Shown: piece after piece, positions 24,405 to 35,928 of the stretch | Layout of the letters: the number at the start of each line of letters is the position of its first letter | Position numbering within the stretch: position 1 is the stretch's first letter | From: Phoronis australis | Lineage: Eukaryota > Animalia > Phoronida | Length of the DNA stretch: 45,825 nt | Direction: 5' to 3' | Assembly: GCA_002633005.1 (NCBI GenBank) | Contig: NMRA01000776.1 | Location: forward strand, 1-45,825 | The notes under the pieces: model-generated | The model's input: the letters and a program-made list of their open reading frames with translations, nothing else | What the model was told of the DNA's origin: nothing | Database searches by the model: none | Position numbers and translations under genes: made by a program

Positions 24405-24735
24405 TACCGCTGACAAGCTAAATTCACTTTAATTGCTAAGAGAACAATATATTTTTAAATGAAATGAAAATGATTTTAAAAGTAAAACATGTTCAAAAAT
24501 GTGATAGAAAACAATTTTGAAAATATGTTTTAAAAAACCCAAAAAATAATTTGAAACTAAAATGTGTCTAAAAGAAAATCTGATATAGAACAGTTTAAAA
24601 ATATTTTGAAAGTCAAACATTTTTAAAACTATAAATTGTTTTGATTTTAAAACCAAAAAGAAATCACTGTTAAAAGAAGACTCGTTTGCTTTTCGTTTAC
24701 TCTTTCAAATGATTTTAAAATGAAAGCAGATCCTC
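24405..24735. repeat. AT-rich interspersed repeat, inverted relative to 26455-26770
   Basis: ...AATGATTTTAAAATGAAAGCAGATCC is the reverse complement of GGATGCTACTTTCATTTTTAAGATGATT at 26452. Confidence 0.65.
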
Positions 24736-24743
24736 ACTTCAGG

Positions 24744-25175
24744 GGTACCATAGAATCATACGCACGAGAATCGCATCTTACGCACGAACCACATACGAAC
24801 CTATGAATCATGCATACGAACCCATGAATCATGCATACGAGCCCAAAAATCACGCATATGAACAAATGTCATTCGCACGAACCACAAAAACCATCATACA
24901 TACGAACACAAAATCATACACTCGAGTAGAATCACACGCACGAACACTTTATTGTTTGGTGGTTCGTGCATATAATTCAGATACTCGTGGGCTTGATTCG
25001 GATGCTCGTGCGTATGACTTATATGTGAGACCTTTGTGGTGTGTGTGCGTTATTATGCGTGATTTCTGGGTTGGGGTACGTGATTCATAGGTTCGTATGC
25101 ATGACTTATCTGTTCATAGGTTGTTCGTGCGTATGATTCGGATGCTCGTGCGAACATGCTTGATTCTATGGTACC
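24744..25175. mobile_element. Complete 432-bp MITE with internal CGAAC subrepeats
   Basis: Perfect 15-bp TIR GGTACCATAGAATCA / TGATTCTATGGTACC. The halves are inverted arrays of CATACGAAC/CGCACGAAC. Confidence 0.85.
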
Positions 25176-25690
25176 TTGTATACATGTAGGTATTGGTGTT
25201 CATTCAATGTCATTTATCACAGGAATGCAGGTCTATTGGAGTCCATATGATATTTTAAGGTGACGAAGTGACACAATGTTTGTAAACAAGAAGTAGTAAA
25301 AGGATCAAACACAATGGACTAGGTTGGGTGGACACTCAATAATAATAGGCCTACTGATCCGAAGGAAGTTGCATGTGATGATAGTGACAAAAGATTAAAG
25401 TGAATTATCAGACAAGTTAACAACAAATACAGAACTTTTTATAATACTGAATGAAGACTGCTGCGAACTGAAATATGAAAATGAACCCAGCAGATTAGGT
25501 TATCGTATGCCACATGATTGGTTGAATGATAGATTGGAATTCATTCTCATTGGTCAGCTGCGCTGCTACATGTACTTAACAAAAAATACAGCACTTTTAC
25601 ACCACTGATTTCTACTGAAGATTCCTCGCGTCAACAACTCGAATTTTCTTAAACTTAGTCCACTTTGGTAATAAGCGTAGCGGCGAAATG

Positions 25691-25925
25691 GAGTGGCAGA
25701 TCTACGTTTTCAGCAAGGGGGGGGGGGTTAGGATTCGAGTGAATCCGAGGCGCCGCGTAGCACCGAAGTGAAGGAAGGTCGGGAGAGGGTTTCCGTCCTC
25801 CCGTGTAAGATTGTGGTTTTTAGTAGCTGATTTCGTTTTTCTGGCGAAATTTTTTCAAATTCTACTTTTGATCCTGTCCCGAGTGGGGGTTTGAACCCCC
25901 TGAAACCCCTGCAGATCCGCCTCTG
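25691..25925. mobile_element. GC-rich MITE
   Basis: GAGTGGCAGATCT...GCAGATCCGCCTCTG termini; same family as 35774-35928. Confidence 0.6.
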
Positions 25926-26272
25926 GAAGAATATACAAAAACAATGAAAAACAGGAGGACATGAAACACGTCTAGCAAGTCTACAATTTTGGACAAGGTG
26001 CTAAGACTTTAATTTTGATGCGATAATTTATTCTTGCAGTGTATGAATATTCGGCAGCAGCTTCTAATTCGCGCTATTTCTCTCCAAAACTTCTAAGTTG
26101 TGTATTTAGCTCCAGCTTTTGAGGAGTGAAACTCCGCCCGGAGACATTGTCCGACATGTTTGTGTTTAAATGTTAGCATACGCGGCCCGTCAGTTAGTGA
26201 ATTACTTGGATGCACTATGTAAATAGATGCAGATGAGACAATTTCTCCAGGGTGACACTGCTTTCTGTCACA

Positions 26273-26381
26273 CCGGTGATCAAAGTCAGCTGTGCAACAA
26301 GTTCCCGCAGATCTTCACGCAAACATTGGTCGTCACCCCAGTCGGTCATATTTGGGTCACAAACATTCGTCGCAGGGCATG
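26273..26381 (-). CDS. Candidate upstream exon of the Cys-rich gene (CPATNVCDPNMTDWGDDQCLREDLRELVAQLTLIT); boundaries approximate
   Basis: GC-elevated and open. Possible acceptor GTATTCCAG| and phase-1 donor ACCG|GTGTGA, compatible with the phase-1 exon at 19949. Splice signals are weak and the segment is absent from copy A. Confidence 0.3.
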
Positions 26382-27441
26382 CTGGAATACACTCATGAGG
26401 TGGACCGCGGTGGCATACATGTAGGTGGCGCTAGTTACAGTGCCTGCTAGGGGATGCTACTTTCATTTTTAAGATGATTTAAAAATGTTTGAAAAGTGGA
26501 ATGAGTTTGTTTTTAATAGCGATGTTATTGTTGTTTCATCTTCTAAATTTAAAGTAATTATACTTTTAAAAAAAATTGATAGTAGATTTTCTTTTAAATG
26601 TGTTTCAGTTTCAAAATATTTTTGTTTTTAATTGTTTTACTTTTATTTTTTATTATTTTTCATGTTAAAAACAAAAGGATTTTAAAAATTGTTTGTTTTT
26701 CTTTTTAAACAAGTTTCAAAATAATTTTATTACTTCAATGTTAATTTTATCTTGGAGCGATGGTCCACCATAGTCATGGTTTAACTAAGTCAAATTAATT
26801 CTCATTTTGACAATGGTTATAATTATCATTAGATCACGGCCCTGGTGGACTATTGGCAGAAAACGAAAAATACAAAATGAAGTAACGCCTGACCTTCCAC
26901 CAGAAAAACGGTATGGCATTACATTAGAATGTATGTCATTAGCCTTATCTCCGAGAACGTAGAATTTACAAATATTTACAGACAATGTACAGTATACACT
27001 CAATTTAACCTCGAAGGACACCCTTTCCGCTTAATAATTGGTTAAACGCTTTCCGCAACGAATTTCAACTCTTTTTGATATCTGTGCTCTTTCAAAACGA
27101 TCTGATTCAAAAACAAAAGAATTTAGGAGAGGTTTAAAAGGTTGAATTTTGAATTTCTTGTGATGCACCAACAATATGGCTGCCACAATTGCATAATACT
27201 TTAAGTCAAATTTCATCAAGTTGTGGGTGGAAAAACGTAACAACACACGTGGCTGTTATTTGCGAAACACTCTTACTGAAATGTTTTTTGCTAGTTTAAT
27301 GTTCTTATTTAATGAAAACCAAGGAAACAGTGTCCTAGATCTGTTGCAGGAAGACTGATTGGACAATGGAACATTTTGCCTCACCAGATGTCGCAATAGA
27401 AACTTGCTCGAATAGTTCAGCGAGAGTACATAGCAAGACAC

Positions 27442-27573
27442 ACTCACCAAAGTGAAGTTCCCGTCTTCCGAATTTCAGCAAATTGGGCTTCTACCTGAAT
27501 TACTCACGAACTTGTGCTAGAGACAGGCTATATATAGGCATTTTCAGTAGTCACGCCATCAGCTAATTTGCAT
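27442..27573 (-). promoter_or_regulatory. Pol II promoter (octamer + TATA) and non-coding first exon, copy B
   Basis: Minus strand: ATGCAAAT (27573-27566), TATATATA (27536-27529), TGAGT at the initiator position (~27504), donor TTG|GTGAGT at 27448/27447. Same spacing as copy A. Confidence 0.65.
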
Positions 27574-28189
27574 ACACAGCGAGAAACTGCAATTTCATTT
27601 AATATCGAAGAAAATTAATGCGGGAAGATTTGATTTTTTTCTGCTTCGATACCTTTCATGATTGTGTCCCCCATAACGGTTGGGTAAGGGTAGTTGACTA
27701 CTGTATTTGTTGACATGGGTACATTCAGTAGATGTGAAGACGGATACATGTACGCGACACCTCTTCTACCAGTTAAGCATTTTAAAAGGGATACCGTCGG
27801 TATTACGGCCAAAACGCACTTCTGAGATTATTTTCGACATACTTCTTGAAGTTATTAGCTTTGGCCAGAGCTATAAGAAAATAAAATTCGGTTGTGTTTT
27901 TATAATTTTAAAGTAGCCGCAATCACAAAGAGATTATCAAGGTTGGGTTCTTTGATTTGCTTAGAAATCACCGGTCTCCGCCTGCCAGCCTTTTAATAGA
28001 ATTACGAATCAAGGACGGTGACGTTGTCAGTTAAATGCTCCCAGAATGCTCGACTGCCTGTCTTATAGCTCTACTAGCAAAGCGTAGTATTGTGAAAGTT
28101 GAGTACGAGTCTGAATCTCTCTTCGGTTGTTTGACGATAATGCCGCTTCAACGTTACACAATCGGTGACAATGAATAAATAAAATGCGT

Positions 28190-28925
28190 AAAAAATGAAC
28201 GCATTTACATGTGCATGAAATCATCTCACACAACATTTCAACAGTTGTTCGGAGATTTTTCATAAAAAACACTTCGATTGTTCACGTGAATGTATCCTTC
28301 TTTCCCTATTATTTTCGTAATAATCAGCCAGGCCAGCGACACTCTCGGCTTGTTGAACCACGTGACCTTGCCCTTGTACCACCTTGCTTACACGTTCACT
28401 TAGAAGACAATGTAATTTCAGAGTTCAGGCATGATGTCCAAAACTTTTACTCTACTAAGGTACACGTACCCCAAATTTGCATAGGTTCGCAACTATAATA
28501 ATCAAAGGCAATTTTCAAATTGGCAAAATACCTCTTCAATATCATGACAGCCAAATCCGTAAACAACATAAGTGACTGGCGATAATCATTAGAGCGGCGA
28601 GATTCTAATGACAGAATTGCTTAACAAGCTAAATTTGCTGATGAATCTTCTTCATTCTCGGTAACTAGGGGAGATAACTCTGACGATGAATTTGGTTTCC
28701 GTAAAGACCTTCGTAAAGCAGAATTCCGAGTCATTTTGTTTAAATATTATTTGTCTTAGCTATATCATTATTCCAATTGGCCGACATCAAAAGGAAATGC
28801 TTCTGACTCAGCAACAAATTCAAAAAGTTAATTTAGTGAAACTGTAAGTTTTTTAAAATCAATTATGGGTCTTCGGTTAAAACCAATCAAAAATAAAATT
28901 ACCTGGGTGTCAGTCTATTTTTGAC
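28190..28925. mobile_element. ~740-bp insertion specific to copy B, probably TE-derived
   Basis: The flanks are contiguous in copy A at ~8410-8422. Confidence 0.5.
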
Positions 28926-30251
28926 ATAGAGAGAGGAATAGAAACCTTGCCGTCTGTCTATGAAAGTTGTCTAGGTATTTCTGGATATTTTAACTCCAAA
29001 TAATTTTACGCTCGAGTACGTAATTGCCGTATCTACATGTACACGTAGTCTTCATTTAATGACCAAAACATTAAGGTTAAACCTTAAAATCTGAACTCGA
29101 AATATTGAATTTTTACTCAAAGTTTTGCTCAAATCTGTGGATCATCAAGTACTAATTTGGACTGGAATCTCATTTACGTTAACCATTAATGTACTTAATC
29201 AACGAATAATAGACGACTGTACATTCGCAAAAAGCAGAACGAAAAATGACAGAGATAATGTCAAAGTCCATCTTGAGTAAAAGGTTAGACCCCTGGAAGT
29301 GATATGTTCTTGCACGCGCACTTAGTAGGCCTACATGAATGCTGGGGTCCTCCCGAATTCTTGTCCTCATATCTGATAAACACCCCTCCCAATGAGGCCC
29401 GAAAGCCGCAGTATTTTTTAACAAATACTAACCGCATTTTAAAGTGGTTTACCTGTTTCTACATTCTCTAGTTATATGGTCTCAACATATTTAATTTAAA
29501 TTGTAGCCACACAGCTTTTTAAAAGTATGAGTATACAGAATCATGGGTTAAATCTTGCTACTACCTATTGTCTGCGGATGTACAGTATTCAACTGTATGG
29601 AACACAGTGGGTTTAGTGCGGACGGTGTGTGATAAACCTGGCCAGGAATACCACGAACAGGAGAGCAATTCACGACGATTGTTAGGGAACGCATGACATG
29701 TTTTGTTTTACAATAACACAGTAACATCGAAAGTCACGACTACCGTGTAATAACTACGAACAAAGGCAGTCTTCAATCAAAACAGCACAGCACAATTAGT
29801 CCGCATAGAACTGTCAAGTTTGCTGAAATGAACACATTAAATTCAATGCAGGCTTATCAGAAAGAAATGCAGTCTGTGTTATGGGCAATTTAATAACGCA
29901 ATATGCAGGCTTATCGGAAAAATGTACAGGCTGTGTCAAAGACAAACATTTGTATACAGCAGGAATGACACCTCTGAAGCTGATAAAGTGACAATATTTT
30001 TGCGAAATTAAGCATTCCAGCAGGTTTTGTTCTAGATGCACTTTGACACACCACACCGTTGAAGTCACGTTGACACTCCGAACTCTTCTTCGGTACTAAC
30101 GCTGCGCATCATATTTTTACTCTGAAAAATTCACCAAACACGTTTCAATTTTCTGCCTGTTTGTCTTTTGCTCATGCGCAACCTGCACTTTCGGTTTTAC
30201 AGTGTACAAGTAGTCACCGGAACATTTTTGTCACTTATTTCTTTGTGGTCA

Positions 30252-30337
30252 AAATTATGTAAGACCATTGAACATGTCAAATTATGTAAGACCATCGAAC
30301 ATGTCAAATTATGAAACACCATTGAACATGTCAAATT
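30252..30337 (+). repeat. 27-bp tandem repeat x3
   Basis: AAATTATGTAAGACCATTGAACATGTC repeated; copy A has a single unit at ~9684-9710. Confidence 0.9.
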
Positions 30338-33300
30338 TGGCATTCAATTGAAGTAACGCTTCCAGATACACTAGACCCAGGGTAGCAGGAAGTTCAATAG
30401 TACAATTTTGTGCTGGAGCCTAATAGGCGCTAGCGCATTGTGATTAAGGAGTACGCCAATGTTAGGAAGGAGCATTCCAGGGCCTTGGGAAGGGGGGGGG
30501 GTTGCGAGGGCCACCTGCCTCCACAAAAACAATTGCAAGTGTCTGGGTTAAACAGTGACAACTGACATAGCCGAGGGACCAAGGACAGTCGAGAAATGAA
30601 AGAGTGCGATTACGGATAAAAGGGAAAGTTCGAGAGAACATTTCAAGTGACAACTTTAAGGACCCTGGCCAAGACATTTTTACTGGGGTCTCTGTTTTTG
30701 CAGCATATTTACATGTACATGTAGGTCGTATAAGCGCACCTGAAAACGTGCACTTTGTTATTCATTCATGCATTTCGAAATATCAAGAAATTTCGTAAAA
30801 TGGAACTTTTGCGCAGTATATTAACTGGAATTTTAAATTCAATAAGATAATTTTGCAAATGCAAACTACACTGTAATTTCAGACGCCTTTGTCTATCGTG
30901 GCATATTGGAGATAATTGTCGCTCTATATTTTCTATTTTATTTTTCTTTAAACTGTATATCACATGGAAAAAATTGATGGCTTGACATCAATTGCAGCGC
31001 ATTTCCTAATTTTTGAAAAATAGATCTTTTCATATTTAGTAGCCCAGCCCTTGAACAGGGTCATTGATGGCATTCAAGTGGCCACCCTTTCCGTGGTTTT
31101 ATTGACAAATTCTAAGGGATTACTCTCGGAGAGACGGCTAAATGTTGGAATAGATTACCCTTGTTTTCCTGTCTTATTTGAAATCGTGCAACCGGCTTTC
31201 GTGTTAAGGAAGGTCACTTCTAGCAGGGCCACACGACGATGGAGTAAACTGTCACTTATTTCAAGCTTACTGATATTTATCCTTTCATCTTAGGTGTCCC
31301 ATTTCAGATGGGACACTCTTTCGGTGGGGCGGTTCGAGCAAATCGTCCCTTTGTCCTTCTATACATATAAAGCCAACACTGCCAAGTATTCACGAGGGGA
31401 CCATGAGATTCCAAATTTATCAAAAACGCAAAAAATCGTGCACAGAAGTATCAAGACATTTGACACAAATGGCCAAAAATGCGGAAAATACATCAGGATT
31501 GACCGCCATCAAAAAGGTGGAATTTTTAAGAACGTGATAACCACTGTTGTGAATTACACAAAAAACTATTTCCGATGGCTGGTTATAAAATAATGCTGCT
31601 TTTTTCTATAGTGTCACTGGTACAGTATTTCTTTTGAAGATCGTTACTTGTCCTGAGCTGTTTGGAAGGAATTCGCAAATATCGAAAAGACTGGGGACTG
31701 CAACTTGTGATGACATGTCGTCGGAGGTACTCAAAGCACTCGCAATAATAAACAAAATTTCCAACTTTTTCAAGTTAAAGTTTAACTCATGCACTGTTAT
31801 AGGCAAAATTACACCTCCATAAGAATGACCCATCTCTCATGCTTCCCCGCTTGCCCGTCAAAAATCTGACAGATGCCTGCGGAAATTGCTTAACATTCGG
31901 ATTTGATAAAGAGATTAGTTGGTTTCTGATTTACATGTTTATGTATATACGCAAATCGACAGATTCAGAGACGATTTTGATAATTAGAAGCTAACCTTTT
32001 AAGAAATGATGGTGCTTCAGTGAATATAGTTGCAGCGTGAATTTGAAAAAAATTACAATCCGAGTCCCAAGTATTAAATTAGTACACCTGGACGATTTTT
32101 GCCTATCTAAAATAACTCTCAATGACATTGATGGAATTTGGACAGTTCCCAAAAATATACATACAATTCAAATGACAATAAATACATCGTTTTTGGGTTT
32201 CAGGTACTTTTTGTTGTTTAAACTCACAGTCAGGTGATCAAAAAGGACTTAAGTCATTAAATAAAGGTAAAAGCAATGCTCATGGAATCGATTGTTGGTT
32301 TGTGATTTTCACGTTGATGAATTAACTGTGCGAAAATGGACTGATTGATAGATGATCTAACGACCAACAGAAGTTAATCTTGTAAAACATGACATTGCTT
32401 CAATGAACTTAGTTGCAGGCTGACACTGGGAAATTTGGATCTACTGCATCTTTTCGCCAGTCAGTCAAGCGCAGAATCTTATCTATCCACGGGAATTGAA
32501 TTTGAAATCTTGGCGTTGAAGTATGTACATTATTTTTTGGAATACACCCTGTATCGTTTTTCCCAGCTACCAGCACCTGGTTCAACATGGGATTCTGAAA
32601 CGGTCCCAAAGGCACTATACCATATACCTCAAAACCTCACCTTTCTAAAAAAATTTCTTCGAAGAATGGCCATAATAAAATGAACTTTTCCCGAAACTGT
32701 ATCATATTAAAACAAATCTTGAGCCGTAGAACCAGCGCAAAAAGGTATGTACGACCTAAGCTGCCTGTCTCAAATGAATAATACCTGAGCTGACCACCGA
32801 TTAGCTCTAGTTCATTGACTTTCATAATTCCACACTGTTAGATTTCAGCTACAGTTACTTGAGGTAGCTCCCAGCTACCCGTCAATGCGCTGGCACAAGA
32901 CCCATTCTTACTCTCCGTGATTGCCCTCGTAATGGCGGACGTGAAGGTGGGAGTTCGGTACAAATATGGCGTCATCCGGAGCACAGGAGGGCGCCGTGGT
33001 GGCGATAGGATGGAGGGTGGTGGTTTGGCGAAGTCGAATTGATTTGTTTGAGTGCTACCTGAAATCGCGGCCAATTCTCAGTTGCTACCCAGCAATGCAC
33101 AATTGCAACAGAGGGCCGCCATCTTGAAGAAGAGTGCAGCTACATCTGTGCAGGTGTTTTTTTTTTCATTTTCAACGTGTTCACAAATCCATGTACAAAC
33201 AAGCCATATTCCCTTGGCCTACATGTACATACAATACCTAACCTGGGCTACCCCTATATTTTAATATTTTGCGGCCGCTGCCTCACTGTTTAGTGCCACC

Positions 33301-34169
33301 AAACAGTTAAAGAGCATAAAATGTACATGTACATGTATATCCTATCCGTTTGTGTACAAGTACATGGATATTCGTTTAACTTTAGTCGCTCACGTACATA
33401 TGTTATGTTAAATATCGACAGGTCTTTACATTTAACTAAAAATTTATGAAATTGAAAAAATTAGCAATGTAAGCTAAATATTTTCTGAAAGTAAAAAATC
33501 TGTAGATTTTGGTTTTAACTGTGTGTCATCCTGTCGCAAATCGGGTCACGTGACCAGATTTGAGTAGAAGTAAGCAAGCTGACGAAAAAGATATATTCAT
33601 GCCGAAAAAACCCGCATCACCTGGAACATTAGTGCCGGGGAGCCCGAAAGTAGCTCTGCGCGGGATCGCCATAGCAACAGTGATCTTACATACATGTATC
33701 GGCGAAGATGTAAAATGTATGTCCAGGGAGGGGGCTAATGCTTTAGAAGTGAACTGATAATAAACTGCGTCGTTTAGGGCTGAGAGTCGGAGAGGTGGTT
33801 TCATTCTGATAATCTCTGGAGTTGGAATGAAAAAATCACTTTTTTATATAAATACGGTTCTTACCTTTTAGATCGTAGTTACATGTATAATGTTTTGTTA
33901 CTCCAAAAGAATGGCGATTTCAATTTAATAGTAATAAATTGATTTGATATTTAAGCTATGCTGAGGTATTTGTTTTTTCTCTTTGTTTACATGCCTGTGT
34001 TATTCGTGTAGTTCCGTTCAATTTCGTTTTGTTTCCGTTCTTCACTTTGTGGCAATCTTCATTATGATTCATTTTTCTTAAGTAATGGATCACTACGCAT
34101 ATACATGTACCAGACAATGTGCAATGCGTCGTTTTCTGAGTAAATTCCATGTACTGTGTTGTATTGTTT

Positions 34170-34690
34170 ATACTTACATGTTCCCGTGTTTGGATAGCCT
34201 CGACGTATTTGGGGCCTCCTAGTGGCCATGTTCACTGTCTTCTAGTCTGTTTTTGGCGTCCGCTCTTCTATCAACCAAACCACTCTAACGATGGAAATTG
34301 ACATTCATGTTACTTTCTACTGTGGAGAGGATGGCTGATGACGATTTTTGGACCACTCGGACGACCGCGATGCCTCTTAAAGACTGGTTTGCATCTATGG
34401 CTGTATCTTCCAAACCCTCCGCAGGATCTTTATAAAAAATTTCAAGTGTATTTATATAAATTTGACAACGGACGACGGCGACATTTGGATGTTACTGACT
34501 ATCGCTGTGCCCCCTGGTGCCGGAAAATGTTTTCTTTCTGTTGTCCTCTGTACCTTTGTACCTCGTTGGCAGATTTTCATGCAATTTACTAAATAGCTTT
34601 CTATGAGGAAGCGACGATGACTTCTCATGTATGGGCGAATTTGACGTATTCTATATCACTCTGTAGCCATTTTATCAATTTTGAGTACTC
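34170..34690 (+). repeat. Dispersed, degraded unit of the 15.5-17.8 kb satellite
   Basis: GCCTCCTAGTGGCCAT...TCTGTTTTTGGCGTCC...TATCAACCAAACCAC...GGCTGTATCT...ACAACGGACGACG. Confidence 0.85.
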
Positions 34691-35418
34691 TTTTAACAAT
34701 ATTATCTCCTTCCACAGACAAGACAACATTTAGAATTGGCTCGGAGAGAAGTGATCGATAAAAACTCTGCACTCGGCAAAGATGTGTGTTCAAATTTCAA
34801 AGTAGCTGAGTAACTTTTTAAGAGTTTTCTAAGCTGCGCTACATCGGAAAACCGGCGGGACAGCTAACAAGCGTTCTCTCAAGCAATGGCATTTCTAAAA
34901 ATAACTTACGACCTCAGTTTAATGTTTGAGTATCACCTACAATCCTTTGTGAATCCTACGGATAACAAAGGGCAATATTTTAACGCACACAAATCGTCTC
35001 CCGAGTTCAAAATAACGCCACTGTCAGAACTGAATAAGTCAGTGTAGGCCTATCACTCCAGTAACTTTTAGGATTTATACCGGGGTTATTCACTTGAGTA
35101 CACTGTATAATGCACGTGCGGAAGTTTATTAGCATTGTTTGTCTATTGCTTTCCACTATTAACTGTACGATCGAAGAACACATAACTAGTAGAATTAAAT
35201 CGTACTGTTAGTACTACATACTTGCCATTCATTGCAATAGGTTCTTCCCGGATTACACGACGACACTCGAATCTAGCTGTATTTACCCACAATGCCGTAA
35301 ACATTTGTCAGGCACATTTGATGTCTCGTTTTCGAGCCACGGGAGCTTCACATGTTATTTGTTGTTGTATGATTCTGAACAAGTTTTTCTCGGTTGCATT
35401 ACTCTATTCGTTCTTCCT

Positions 35419-35625
35419 ATGCTAAGTGTTGTGTTGAGGGCTGCAACACCGGCGTGAAAAAGTTTTATAAACTGGACAAATACCCGTGGATGCGTGATCT
35501 TAAATTCTTTGCCTTCCCGACATTAATGAGAGACACGAGAATGTGCCTGATTTCAAAACTAAATCACGTACATTCTTATTTCCATAATAACGGCAAATAA
35601 AAGTCATGTATAATGCATACAAACA
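35419..35625 (+). pseudogene. THAP zinc-finger remnant, probably TE-derived
   Basis: KCCVEGCNTG...FFAFPT.MRD.R matches the THAP C-x4-C...F-P signature. The ATG is out of frame and the conserved W and C-terminal CxxHF are decayed. Confidence 0.7.
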
Positions 35626-35773
35626 TCTCCTGTTGAGTGGCAATATCTGACAAGTGCAGTTTTCAAATGCATATTCTATGCTACTGTAACTGAGTGCCGA
35701 AGCGCGTCAGTTTGCGTTCTTTCGTAATGTCTGTTGTATGCTGTACATGTAGCTAGTGCTGCAAAACCTTGAC

Positions 35774-35928
35774 CAGGGGCGGATCCAGGATTTTGAGTTG
35801 GGGTGGCGGGGCAGAGTATTAGCCAGGAATTTTCTCGTCAGGCACTTACACCACGAGTTACCAAATTTAATATGGGAGAATTTTAGGGGGGCCATGGCTT
35901 TCTTGGCCCCCCTCTAAGTCCGCCACTG
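35774..35928. mobile_element. GC-rich MITE
   Basis: CAGGGGCGGATCCAGGATTTT...TAAGTCCGCCACTG inverted termini. Related heads at 11598 and 40396. Confidence 0.7.

Larger units (their letters stand above)
19940..30365 (+). repeat. Copy B of the diverged direct segmental duplication (paralog of ~1250-9745)
   Basis: Collinear blocks: 19940-23200 ~ 1250-5980; 24028-24180 ~ 6000-6190; 24800-25130 ~ 6215-6500; 26420-28190 ~ 6517-8415; 28930-30365 ~ 8420-9745. Confidence 0.95.

Noticed and set aside
27031-27246. Signal-peptide-like MKFDLKYYAIVAAILLV
   Set aside because: Not conserved in copy A, no suitable donor, and it lies in MITE-like sequence.
27277-27341. Possible second UTR exon (CAG|ATCTAGG...|GTAAGA, also 7595-7661)
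   Set aside because: The donor lies within an inverted-repeat arm (7541-7605), so it may be TE text; too uncertain to call.
31606-31833. GHSYGG motif suggesting an alpha/beta hydrolase
   Set aside because: Isolated short motif with no supporting context or clean exon boundaries.
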